The notes under the pieces: generated by a model | What the model was told of the DNA's origin: nothing | Seen by the model: only the letters and a program-made list of their open reading frames with translations | The model's database searches: none | Program-made: the position numbers and the translations under genes | Source of the DNA: Candidatus Marinacidobacterales bacterium | GTDB lineage: Bacteria > Acidobacteriota > Vicinamibacteria > Marinacidobacterales > DATDRI01 | Length of the DNA stretch: 64,000 bases | Assembly (NCBI GenBank): GCA_965226495.1 | Contig: OZ245365.1 | Location: 2,272,001 to 2,336,000, forward strand | Direction of reading: 5' to 3' | In this document: positions 20,484 through 29,853 of the stretch, piece after piece | Layout: every line of letters begins with the position of its first letter | Numbering within the stretch: the stretch's first letter is position 1

Positions 20484-22441
20484 TCTCGGTGGTTGTCGGG
20501 CTTTAGGAAGAGCGCCGCCAGTGGAGGCAGAGTGAGGGCTAATGATTGGAGGCGACCGTGAACGGGGATGGGCTCTGTTTCGACGCCACCCAAATTTCCC
20601 TGCGCACTTCCGCCGTAGTGCTCGCTGTCGCTGACCAAGACTTCCTTCCACCGACCGGGGCCGGGAACGCCCAGGCGGTAGTTCGGTCGTGGTACGGGAG
20701 TAAAGTTGTATACGGCAATCACTGAGTCATCAGCAGACTTTCCGTGACGAAGGAAGGAGATGACACTTTGCTGGGCGTCGGTGCAATCGATCCATTCGAA
20801 TCCGGCTGATTGACAGTCCTGCTCATAAAGGGCCGGTTCTGTTCGGTAGAAGTGGTTGAGGTCACCGACCCACAAACGGAGTCCGGCGTGCAGTGGGTGA
20901 TCGAGCGCATGCCAATCGAGTGAGCCGTCGTGATCCCACTCGCCCCGCTGACCAAATTCATCCCCCATGAAGAGGAGCTTTTTGCCCGGCTGGCCGTACA
21001 TGTAGCCGAAGAGCAGTCGCAGGTTGGCAAACTTCTGCCACTCGTCGCCGGGCATCCTACCCAGGAGGGAGCCCTTGCCGTGCACGACTTCATCGTGGGA
21101 CAAGGGAAGAACAAAGTTCTCGTTTGCCGCATAGACCATACGAAACGTCAGCTGGTCATGATGAAAGGGGCGGTGCACCGGATCGCGAGAAAGATACTTC
21201 AGCGTGTCGTGCATCCACCCCATGTCCCACTTCAGGCCGAAGCCCAGTCCACCGAAATAGGAGGGCCGAGAAACCATGGGCCACGCGGTCGATTCCTCGG
21301 CCACGGTTTGGACGTCGGGGTGCGATCGGTAGACTTCTTCGTTGAAACGACGGAGGAACGAAATGGCTCCAATGTTCTCGTTGCCACCGAACTCGTTCGG
21401 GATCCACTCACCATCCTTTCGAGAGTAGTCGAGATAAAGCATCGAAGCGACGCCATCCACTCGTAATCCGTCGGCGTGGTACTTCTCGAGCCAGAAAAGG
21501 GCGCTGCTGATGAGGAAACTATGCACTTCGTTGCGGTCGTAGTTGAAAATGAAGCTGTCCCAGTCAGGATGAATGCCCTGGCGTGGATCGGCGTGCTCGT
21601 AGAGGTGGGAGCCGTCGAAAAACCCGAGGCTATGTTGGTCGGCGGGGAAATGAGAGGGGACCCAATCGAGGATGACGCCGATGTCGTTTTGGTGGAGCGC
21701 ATCGATGAGGTGCATAAAGTCCTGCGGTGTACCGAAGCGGCTGCTAGGCGCAAAGTACCCGGTCGTTTGGTAACCCCAAGAACCGAAGAACGGGTGCTCC
21801 ATGACCGGCAAGAGCTCGACGTGAGTGAATCCAACTTCTTTGACGTAGTCGACGAGTCGAGTCGCCAGCTCTTGATAGCTGAGCGAGCGATTGTTGTCTT
21901 CCGGCACTCGTTGCCAAGAACCTAGGTGGACTTCGTAGATCGACATCGGAGCATCGAGCGCGTTACGCTCGCGACGAGTGTCCATCCACTGGCCATCACC
22001 CCATGCGTAGTCGAGATCCCATACCACCGATGCCGTTCGGGGCGGCATCTCCTGAAGATAGGCAAAGGGGTCGGCCTTGTCGACTCGATACTTCCGATGC
22101 TTGGAAGCGACGTGGTACTTGTATTGGCTGCCCTGCTTCACTCCCGGGACGAAAATTTCCCATATACCGGCTTTGTCGCGAGGGGTCAGTGGGTGGCTCG
22201 ATTTGTCCCAATCATTGAAATCTCCCATGACCGAAACAGATGCCGCGTCGGGTGCCCATACGCCGAACTGGGCACCCTCGCTTCCCTCGAAAGTGCGCAA
22301 GCGAGAGCCCAGCTTCTCGTAGAGCCTAAAATGACTACCCTCGTTAAAGAGATAGAGGTCGTCGTCGGTTAAAAGGGTGCTCCCGGGCGGCGCCACGACG
22401 CCACCGCTGGTTTTCTTCCCGCCGGAATGCTTCTTGGCCAT
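20480..22441 (-). CDS. glgB: 1,4-alpha-glucan branching enzyme
   Basis: IYEVHLGSW, DWVPSHF, RVDGVASM, AEES, LSHDEVVHGK. Confidence 0.97.
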   Translation of the reverse strand: MAKKHSGGKKTSGGVVAPPGSTLLTDDDLYLFNEGSHFRLYEKLGSRLRTFEGSEGAQFGVWAPDAASVSVMGDFNDWDKSSHPLTPRDKAGIWEIFVPGVKQGSQYKYHVASKHRKYRVDKADPFAYLQEMPPRTASVVWDLDYAWGDGQWMDTRRERNALDAPMSIYEVHLGSWQRVPEDNNRSLSYQELATRLVDYVKEVGFTHVELLPVMEHPFFGSWGYQTTGYFAPSSRFGTPQDFMHLIDALHQNDIGVILDWVPSHFPADQHSLGFFDGSHLYEHADPRQGIHPDWDSFIFNYDRNEVHSFLISSALFWLEKYHADGLRVDGVASMLYLDYSRKDGEWIPNEFGGNENIGAISFLRRFNEEVYRSHPDVQTVAEESTAWPMVSRPSYFGGLGFGLKWDMGWMHDTLKYLSRDPVHRPFHHDQLTFRMVYAANENFVLPLSHDEVVHGKGSLLGRMPGDEWQKFANLRLLFGYMYGQPGKKLLFMGDEFGQRGEWDHDGSLDWHALDHPLHAGLRLWVGDLNHFYRTEPALYEQDCQSAGFEWIDCTDAQQSVISFLRHGKSADDSVIAVYNFTPVPRPNYRLGVPGPGRWKEVLVSDSEHYGGSAQGNLGGVETEPIPVHGRLQSLALTLPPLAALFLKPDNHRE

Positions 22442-22458
22442 TTGCAAATCGGAGTCTA

Positions 22459-23250
22459 TCAGCCGCCTCTGGCGGATGACAATGTGGAGGCGACGCGCTT
22501 GGTCATGCTGAGAGTTTGGCGGAGGGAGAGGGATCTTAAAAGCGGTATTTCAACCAGAACATTCCCGATCGACTCGACGCGTTGGAGCTGTTCCTCCGAC
22601 GTTGCGCTCGCCACGTAGTTGACGTACCGAATCTGGATGTTCTCGAAGTGGGGACGAAAGACGCTCCTCAATATGGGAGCAAAACTTCGAACGACGCCAT
22701 AGCGTTCCTCGGGGGGGATGAGGTGAGCGAGAAACATGAGGGGGTTGAACATGTTGGGTTCGACCGCCAAGAAACGGCCTCCCGGCTTGAGGACACGGTG
22801 GAACTCGCCAACGGCCCTTCGTAGCTGCGGGATGTGGTGAAGCGCGTCGACGCAAAGGACGACGTCGAAGGAACCGTCCGGAAATTGAATGTCTCCACTG
22901 TTCTGGACGGATGGTTTGATGTGTTTCAAGCTCTTGGCAGCCACGAGGCGCTTCGCCTCGTCGATCATCGATTCCGAGGAGTCGATGCCGGAGATGTCGT
23001 CGCCGTATCGAGCGAGAACCGGCCAATAGAGTCCGGTCCCGCATCCCACGTCCAGAATGTTGGTCACTTTGTCGGAGAAGAGGGAAGAGAAGAGACCCTC
23101 GTACACTCGGGCGAGGAATGGTTTCTGGTCCAAAAGGAACGGATCGAACCTCTCGCAGTAGCCGCAGCTGAAGAGGTGGCTGCCGCGCCGGTTCCTGATG
23201 AGCTCGTTGTAGAAGTCGTCCTGAGTCTTGTTTTTCTTGAAAAAGGCCAC
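22459..23250 (-). CDS. Class I SAM-dependent methyltransferase
   Basis: ILDVGCGTG, FPDGSFD, RVLKPGG; likely GTG start after GAGG. Confidence 0.88.
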   Translation of the reverse strand: MAFFKKNKTQDDFYNELIRNRRGSHLFSCGYCERFDPFLLDQKPFLARVYEGLFSSLFSDKVTNILDVGCGTGLYWPVLARYGDDISGIDSSESMIDEAKRLVAAKSLKHIKPSVQNSGDIQFPDGSFDVVLCVDALHHIPQLRRAVGEFHRVLKPGGRFLAVEPNMFNPLMFLAHLIPPEERYGVVRSFAPILRSVFRPHFENIQIRYVNYVASATSEEQLQRVESIGNVLVEIPLLRSLSLRQTLSMTKRVASTLSSARGG

Positions 23251-23417
23251 ACTGATCCTCGGGGATTGAACCAAAGAGTTGGGACAGTAATGCATTTAGG
23301 GAGAGGATTCAAGGCGTTACCAACCCGAACGGCGTGGCAGTTGTCCCCAAGGGGGCCCTGGTGTAACGTGTGGGCTGGCCTGGCAGGGTGGACGCGCTAC
23401 TCAGTCGAGCGAACGGG

Positions 23418-23690
23418 TTGAAGGCGGTACATATTCTTATTTCCGGTCACGTTCAGGGGGTCGGTTTTCGCTGGTTCGCGGAGAAGCGAGCCTCTGAGTT
23501 GGCAGTTGCCGGATATGTCAGGAACCTCCCTGAAGGCGCTGTCGAAGTGCTGGCTCAAGCGGATGAACGAACGCTCGAGAGTTTTTGCCAGGAGCTCCGC
23601 GAGGGTCCGCGGTTCGCACGAGTCGAGGAGCTTTCGATGAGAACGGTCCCGGTGGACGTTGGCCTTCAGGGTTTCGGAGTTCGATACTAG
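23418..23690 (+). CDS. acyP: Acylphosphatase
   Basis: GHVQGVGFR, GYVRNLPEGAVEV, GP..ARV. Confidence 0.93.
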   Translation: MKAVHILISGHVQGVGFRWFAEKRASELAVAGYVRNLPEGAVEVLAQADERTLESFCQELREGPRFARVEELSMRTVPVDVGLQGFGVRY

Positions 23691-23695
23691 GATAA

Positions 23696-24217
23696 ATGAT
23701 GGAACAACTTCGGCAAGTGATTCGTGACGTTCCCGACTTTCCAAAAAAGGGAATCGTGTTCAAGGACATTACCACACTCCTCCGGGACCCTAGTGCCTTC
23801 ACGAGGTCCATTGATCTGTTGTCGTCGGCACTCGAGAACAAGAACTACGACGTGTTGGTCGGCATAGAGAGCCGGGGGTTCATCTTCGCATCGGGCCTGG
23901 CCTACAAGCTGGGAAAGGGCCTGATCCCGGTGAGGAAGCCAGGCAAGCTGCCCGCCGACACCGTCCAAGTGACCTACCAGCTCGAATACGGGACAGACTC
24001 CCTGGAGATGCATTCCGACGCGATCCAGCCGGGGCAGAGGGTGGTTATTGTCGATGACGTCCTGGCCACCGGCGGCACCGCTCGCGCCGTGACGGAGCTG
24101 GTCGAAAAGGTCGGAGGGACCGTCGAGGGACTGAGCTTCTTGGTGGAGCTCGATTTCCTCAAGGGACGAGAGAAGCTGACTGACTACGATGTCCACTCGA
24201 TCCTGCGGTACAGCTGA
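23696..24217 (+). CDS. apt: Adenine phosphoribosyltransferase
   Basis: PDFPKKGIVFKDIT, ESRGF, RKPGKLP, YQLEYG, VDDVLATGGT. Confidence 0.97.
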   Translation: MMEQLRQVIRDVPDFPKKGIVFKDITTLLRDPSAFTRSIDLLSSALENKNYDVLVGIESRGFIFASGLAYKLGKGLIPVRKPGKLPADTVQVTYQLEYGTDSLEMHSDAIQPGQRVVIVDDVLATGGTARAVTELVEKVGGTVEGLSFLVELDFLKGREKLTDYDVHSILRYS

Positions 24218-24221
24218 GTCT

Positions 24222-24251
24222 TTGACAGCCTGGGCCTCCCGAACCTACAAT
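24222..24251 (+). promoter_or_regulatory. Sigma70-like promoter
   Basis: TTGACA-18 nt-TACAAT, 13 nt upstream of ATG 24265. Confidence 0.55.
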
Positions 24252-24264
24252 TAAATAGAATCTT

Positions 24265-25302
24265 ATGAGATTTGGACTTCGCGGGCTCGCCCGCGGCGAG
24301 GGGAGTACTATCCTTGGCGCCCACCTCGCCGTCGAAGGTAAAGAGGCGGGGACTTACCGGTCACCGTTCCTCAAGCTCCACGGCCCTCGGAGCGATCGAC
24401 GACTCCTGGATCGGCTGACTGCCCAGCAGGCTTCGCTCGCCCGCTCGGTCGCCCTCGGGGACGACGATTATTTGGACCGGTCTTCCTACGAGGACCCGGC
24501 GAGTGGAAAACGTATCGCCTACGAGTTGGAGGGTACTGAGCTGACTGAGTTCGCGTCGAGTTGGAAGACCCAGCCTGTCAGTTGCATCCGCGCCATGAAC
24601 CGGGCGATCGGCCGCATTGCGGAGTCGCGGAGAAGGGAACGTTATGTGCGGGCGGCGGTGGATCTGGAGATCCTCATGGATCGACAGAGTCGGACCGAAC
24701 CCACCGGTCGGGTCTACCAAGGTATCCCGGAGTATCTGATGAATGGGTATACCGACATGGGAACGCTTGCCTCCGTCACGGAACGCAATGGACGTGAGAA
24801 GATCAAGGTCGATAAGGAACACGTACGGGGTCGCCTGTTGGCCTGCAAACGTCGCGTGGTCGCGACGGAAGAGCCCGAGGGTCTTTTGGCTCACTACTAC
24901 GACGCGGTGCGCCGGGACATCAAGTTCAACGAACGCGGTGTGGACAAGCTCCTCCGAGAGTACGGCGATCAGAGCATCGCCCTCTCGAAGTACCTAGACA
25001 TGGGGCTAGGGGTTTGCCGGCACTTGTCAATTTTCTATCAGCTTTATTTGCAAGAGGCGGGGATCGAGTCTCATCTCATCAAAGGGAACCTGAAGTTCTA
25101 CGTCTTCAGAGGACGCCATGCCTGGAACCTTGCCTGGGTGGGAAAGCGTGTCGCCTTAGTCGACGTCACCCATCCCAGCCCACACGAGCCTTTTATTGTT
25201 TGGGGCACGTCGGAGGCCGAGGTCTACGAGCGTGCCGCCGACATGTCGCGTTCGTACTCGCCGACCCCAGACGATCAGAATCATTACAAGATCGGCACTT
25301 GA
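24265..25302 (+). CDS. Protein with transglutaminase/EDR1-like papain-fold domain
   Basis: GVCRH...AGIESHLIKG...HAWN...VDV (Cys-His-Asp order). Confidence 0.7.
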   Translation: MRFGLRGLARGEGSTILGAHLAVEGKEAGTYRSPFLKLHGPRSDRRLLDRLTAQQASLARSVALGDDDYLDRSSYEDPASGKRIAYELEGTELTEFASSWKTQPVSCIRAMNRAIGRIAESRRRERYVRAAVDLEILMDRQSRTEPTGRVYQGIPEYLMNGYTDMGTLASVTERNGREKIKVDKEHVRGRLLACKRRVVATEEPEGLLAHYYDAVRRDIKFNERGVDKLLREYGDQSIALSKYLDMGLGVCRHLSIFYQLYLQEAGIESHLIKGNLKFYVFRGRHAWNLAWVGKRVALVDVTHPSPHEPFIVWGTSEAEVYERAADMSRSYSPTPDDQNHYKIGT

Positions 25303-25380
25303 CTGCCTGGCCGGTGCATCGCTGACGACGAATCAAACTTGAAAAGCTCGCGACCAAAGCCAGCAAAGGAAAATTCACCC

Positions 25381-25731
25381 ATGGCCGCCTCGAACAACAG
25401 GCGAGCGTGTCTCAGCCTTACCTATCCGGAATTGGCCTTCATTCAGAAGCTGCTGAAGGCCGAGTACCACTTCATTACGGACAAAGAGCAGAAGACGCGC
25501 CAGTCGTTCGGACGCAAGTTCTCCGACATCACTCTACCCGGGGGCCAAAAGGATGGCGTGGAGCTTTACCTGAGCCACCTCGAGATTTCGTTCCTTCAAA
25601 AGCTCACCAAGACTTCCTACAGTTTTTTGACCCTTGCCGAGCGTGAGGCGAGACAGAAACTTCGCTCGAAGATCCGCTCCGCGTGGGAAGACGTCGTGAA
25701 AGTCGCCGATTCCGCCGAGCGAAAAGCTTAA
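25381..25731 (+). CDS. Hypothetical protein with internal two-fold repeat
   Basis: LSLTYPELAFIQKLLKAEYHFITDKEQKTRQ / LYLSHLEISFLQKLTKTSYSFLTLAEREARQ. Confidence 0.65.
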   Translation: MAASNNRRACLSLTYPELAFIQKLLKAEYHFITDKEQKTRQSFGRKFSDITLPGGQKDGVELYLSHLEISFLQKLTKTSYSFLTLAEREARQKLRSKIRSAWEDVVKVADSAERKA

Positions 25732-25793
25732 CGGCGTCGCCGCGGGCTTGCCCGCCATACCCACCCGAGATAGCATGGTGTCCTTCGAAGGAT

Positions 25794-25870
25794 GCGCCTG
25801 TAGCTCAGTAGGATAGAGCGACGGATTCCTAATCCGTAGGTCGGAGGTTCAAGTCCTCTCAGGCGTACCA
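25794..25870 (+). tRNA. tRNA-Arg(CCT)
   Basis: GCGCCTG...CAGGCGT-ACCA; anticodon arm ACGGA-TTCCTAA-TCCGT. Confidence 0.96.
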
Positions 25871-25873
25871 TTT
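25823..25873 (+). repeat. attL: 51-bp direct repeat (tRNA-Arg 3' half)
   Basis: Identical to 42993-43043. Confidence 0.92.
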
Positions 25874-26333
25874 TACGGGGTCCAGCTGGAGCTCTGGCGA
25901 GTAATTGGTGAGTTCACGGATCCGGTCTCAAAGAGTCGCTGTCCTGGGATCCTCCCAGGGGTTCTGTAGGAGAGGAGAGGGACGAGCTCTCAGCCCTTCC
26001 ACGGGGTCGTGCCCCTGAAATGACAAATTTCGCGTCGCTGGCTGCCCTGTTCGGCCCCAGTTGCGCCGGGGGCTTCGAACCCTGTCAGATGGTTTTCTTA
26101 ACCGGCTGATGGCGCCCGACTTTCGTCTTCATGTGGTTCAGTCCCAACGCTTTCACCATCATTACTAATACTCTACAGTTCTCCCGAGTCCTCTGGAATC
26201 CGCCCCGGTTTTGGAGACATGTTGGAGACGACCCGACTTGTGTTCCGTTGTGGTTGGTCTCAGTGGCCACTCAGATGCCAGCTTGGCGGCTTGGCGTAGA
26301 CACGACAGATGCGATCATCGATGTCCGGATGAG

Positions 26334-27464
26334 CTAGGTGCGACTTAGCAGTTTGTCATAAACGATCTGTCTGAACTCTTTGTTGATGACGATCTCCAGC
26401 CCCTGGTCGTCCTCCTTGAGACCAATCCACCGATCGGAGCTTTCGTCCTCTCGATGCTGAGCCAAAACTATCGCATCATCAGGGCGCAGGGATTGCGGGA
26501 GGTATACATATGCCACTGTTGATTTAGACTGTAGTGTCGGAGGAGCTTTTTCCAAAGCCATCGTGATCCTACGCTTATCCTCTTCGCTCATTGTCTCGGT
26601 CAGGGAACTGATAACCGTGGTCTCTGCTCGCTCGGACCCGACCCGTCGAACCACAAAAGCATCCTCGAAATAGCGGGTTTTTAGAATGACAGGTGTGATA
26701 CTTAGCGTCACCTCCTTTCGATTCTCCTTCAACCGTGCCTCAAAAAAAACGTAAGTCACGTCCGGGGCGAATCGGAACTCGCCATCCCAGTAGCCGGCGA
26801 CTTCGAAGGCCCCACCGTATCCTTCTTTCAAACCCCAGCCAGTGCGTAACTGATGCCCTATGATCTGACCAGCGGATAAGAGGCCGGCGAGCATGGCCCG
26901 GGTCGCACTGCTTTCAGGCGGAAACAGATTCGGGTGATCATTTAAACTGAGTAAAAGGTCGAGTAGGTCATTGGCACCTGTCCCAGCAGCCGATGCGTTG
27001 CCGAACCATTTCGTCTCTCGAGCGTCGCAGTCTACGCAAAACGCGTCACATGGGATCTTCCCCTTGTGATCGGGCCCAGCGACAAAGCCAACCGCAGACA
27101 GCGGATAACCCTTTTCCCGCCACTTCTTGACCATGTCCATGACATCAGAAACGTTGAGACGACGTTTTCGCTCTTCTCGTTCTAACTGCCGCGCAACCTC
27201 TTGCGCTGGGCCGGCAGCCCCGGCGAAAGCGATAACGATTCTGCCGCCGATGATTGCCACCTTTCGGGACAATCCGCTGACTACGTACTCTGGCTTACTG
27301 CCAAGCGTCTCCCGCCGTTTGATTACGGCATTAGCGTCTGGAGCGGTCGGAATGGGGAAAGGATGGATTCGGTCGGGGCTCGTGGTTCCAGCGTCTCTGG
27401 ACTCCAGGATATCTGCAAGAACAACTGGATGATTGTTGACGTGGAACGCGGCTACGAGGGTCAT
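26334..27464 (-). CDS. Divergent proteasome-beta/HslV-like Ntn hydrolase (putative)
   Basis: After Met removal T1 and D17; K...G spacing of 14 in RKVAIIGGRIVIAFAG; AGTG and YGG motifs. Confidence 0.6.
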   Translation of the reverse strand: MTLVAAFHVNNHPVVLADILESRDAGTTSPDRIHPFPIPTAPDANAVIKRRETLGSKPEYVVSGLSRKVAIIGGRIVIAFAGAAGPAQEVARQLEREERKRRLNVSDVMDMVKKWREKGYPLSAVGFVAGPDHKGKIPCDAFCVDCDARETKWFGNASAAGTGANDLLDLLLSLNDHPNLFPPESSATRAMLAGLLSAGQIIGHQLRTGWGLKEGYGGAFEVAGYWDGEFRFAPDVTYVFFEARLKENRKEVTLSITPVILKTRYFEDAFVVRRVGSERAETTVISSLTETMSEEDKRRITMALEKAPPTLQSKSTVAYVYLPQSLRPDDAIVLAQHREDESSDRWIGLKEDDQGLEIVINKEFRQIVYDKLLSRT

Positions 27465-27572
27465 GTGTCACAAACGCTAGCAGAGCAACTTGCGGAAGGC
27501 AATCTGTGTTCGTGGAAGAGGCGATCCGCGGATGCTAGAATTGTCTTACTGAAGCTCCACAATCAGTAAGAG

Positions 27573-28254
27573 GTGCGTTTCGTGCCCCACGCTATTAGAA
27601 GGCTGCCTTTAGTCTGCTTTCTGCTGCTCGCCGTCTACCTCCTAGCGCCAGCTACCCTCTCCGCCCAGACCTTCTCCGGCAAGGTTGTCGGAATCTCGGA
27701 CGGCGACACTATTAAGGTCCTCCGGGACGGCATAGAAACCAAGATCCGCATGGAAGGCATCGACTGCCCGGAATCGGGCGAGCCCTTCTCCGCCAAGGCC
27801 AAGAAGTTCACATCCAGTTTGGTCTATGGAAAGACCGTCACCATCCGGGTCAAAGAGACGGATCGGTATGGTCGCCTCGGGAAGAGTCATTGCCGACGGC
27901 CAGGATGTCTCAATCGCACTCGTCCAAGCGGGCCTCGCTTGGCACTACACCAAGTACTCCTCCGACCCGGCCCTCGCCCAAGCGGAGAAGACTGCCCGCG
28001 CCGCCGAAATCGGCATCTGGTCCCTTCCGAATCCCGCGCCCCCTTGGGAGCTAAGGGCCCAAGCGGTGGCATCGCAATCAGCGGTTAGTCAGTCAGAGCA
28101 ATCCGGAACCGTCTACCGGGGCAACCGAAACAGCCACGTGTTCCACGCTCCCTCGTGTCGCTACTACAGTTGTAAAAACTGCACGGCCATCTTTAATTCG
28201 AGAGAAGACGCAATCAAAGCCGGCTATCGACCCGGCGGCCACTGCAAGCCTTAG
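27573..28254 (+). pseudogene. Thermonuclease (SNase) with C-terminal Ada-like metal-binding domain; frameshift near 27880
   Basis: ISDGDT, IRMEGIDCPE, DRYGR in one frame; LVQAGLAW..GIWS..PWE..GNRNSHVFH..C in another. Confidence 0.85.
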
Positions 28255-28261
28255 CCGGATA

Positions 28262-28405
28262 GTTGGTGCCGGACTCGTTGCCATCCTGGTCGTGGTGATC
28301 GCCGGTCTTTTTACCGGTGACGTGCGGGACTGGATCGCCGGAAGAAACGACTCCCCTCGAATTGAAACGATTGCTGTTTTGTCCCTCGGCTACCGCGTTC
28401 GTTAG
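28262..28405 (+). pseudogene. Remnant of TM/TolB-like region of a kinase- or cyclase-TPR gene
   Basis: VGAGLVAILVVVIAGLFTGDVRDWIAGRNDSPRIETIAVLSL resembles the TM-...SIAVLPL segment. Confidence 0.4.
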
Positions 28406-28455
28406 TCCGGAGAAGATCGGCTAGGATGTCTTGAGAACCGCCGAGACCCTTTGCC

Positions 28456-29853
28456 ATGAGAACTCATAAAGCCGTACACGTCTTCGAAGTTGGAGGACTC
28501 CCGCAGCACACATACGTCGCAAGGCATGAGTTCGATCTTGAGTCAAGGTTGGCGATGGTAACTGACAACATGTGCAAACTGGCCGTCGTATCCGGCCCCA
28601 CGAAATCGGGGAAGACGGTGCTGTCGAGAAAAGTCCTTCCCAAGGAAAAAGCTGTTTGGTTGGATGCTGGTGGCATCGACAATGACAACCAACTTTGGAC
28701 AGAAGTCGTGAACGAGCTTGAGGGCGCTACGTCTGTCGAGGAGACTTTAGAATCACGCTCTGACACGACTGTAACAGGATCCGTCGAGGCGGAGGCGAAA
28801 GTCCCGCTACTGATTAGCGGTACGGGCGCTGTATCCACCGAACGCCAGAGATCCCGTGGAACCGGCACTCGGAAGAGTCGGTCCCGCTCTGTTAAGGCGG
28901 CGGCGCTGGCAGCTCTCAGGGAGTCCCGGCGACCACTTGTGATTGACGACTTTCATTGCCTAGGCGCATCGGACCAGGCCGCTATAGTAAGAGCTTTGAA
29001 ACCCCTTGTTTTCGACGGCCAACCAGTAGTAATCCTTACCATACCGCATCGTCGCTTTGACGCCGTAAAGCTTGAGCGTGAAATGACAGGGCGCGTTGAG
29101 GTCATTGAGATTCCGCCCTGGACACCTACAGAACTCAATCGCATTCCACAGATGGGATTCGAGCTATTGAACGCGAATGTAGATGATTCCCTGATGCGAT
29201 TTTTTGCTGCTGAAGCTCTCGGAAGTCCGCACCTCATGCAAGATTTTTGCTTCAGGCTTTGTTTGACTTGCGGCCTACCGGAAACCGCTCAAGAGAATGT
29301 GAGCTTGCGGCTGTCGAATGCCGACACCGAGCTGCTGCTAAACCGAATTGCAAGTGGTGCCAACAGTGCAGTGTTTGATCGGCTGGCTAGGGCCTACCGT
29401 CAAGAGAATGTGAGCTTGCGGCTGTCGAATGCCGACACCGAGCTGCTGCTAAACCGAATTGCAAGTGGTGCCAACAGTGCAGTGTTTGATCGGCTGGCTA
29501 GGGGGCCGCGACGACGCTCCGCTCGAAAACAGCGCCAACTTGTGGATGGTTCGCAAGATGATATCTACGGAATATTACTTCGAGCAATCGCCGAACTCGG
29601 TCCGGGCGTAGAAAGCCTCGCATACGAGGAGATTCGGGACTCAGTGAGAGAAATATTGGACTATGGTGAGCCTACGCCAAGATCTCATGAGATATCTAGA
29701 GTCCTAAACCATATGACTGAGATAGCGATCCAAGATGGAGCACGAGTACCCGTCATAGAATGGGATGCAAAAGATCATCAGCTTCACATTTCTGACCCGT
29801 TCTTTGCGTTTTGCCTGAAGTGGGGCCCTTACGCTGCTCGCATTGCTACGTAA
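28456..29853 (+). CDS. P-loop ATPase (AAA/STAND-like) with putative winged-helix C-terminus
   Basis: Walker A GPTKSGKT, Walker B LVIDDFH, GSP motif, C-terminal LHISDPFFAF..KW. Confidence 0.8.
   Translation: MRTHKAVHVFEVGGLPQHTYVARHEFDLESRLAMVTDNMCKLAVVSGPTKSGKTVLSRKVLPKEKAVWLDAGGIDNDNQLWTEVVNELEGATSVEETLESRSDTTVTGSVEAEAKVPLLISGTGAVSTERQRSRGTGTRKSRSRSVKAAALAALRESRRPLVIDDFHCLGASDQAAIVRALKPLVFDGQPVVILTIPHRRFDAVKLEREMTGRVEVIEIPPWTPTELNRIPQMGFELLNANVDDSLMRFFAAEALGSPHLMQDFCFRLCLTCGLPETAQENVSLRLSNADTELLLNRIASGANSAVFDRLARAYRQENVSLRLSNADTELLLNRIASGANSAVFDRLARGPRRRSARKQRQLVDGSQDDIYGILLRAIAELGPGVESLAYEEIRDSVREILDYGEPTPRSHEISRVLNHMTEIAIQDGARVPVIEWDAKDHQLHISDPFFAFCLKWGPYAARIAT
29290..29503 (+). repeat. 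Exact 103-bp tandem duplication (period 111 bp) inside the ATPase
   Basis: 29290-29392 identical to 29401-29503. Confidence 0.93.

Noticed and set aside
25874-26333. Possible integrase remnant next to attL
   Set aside because: The short ORFs show no R-H-R-Y or serine-recombinase motifs that I can recognise
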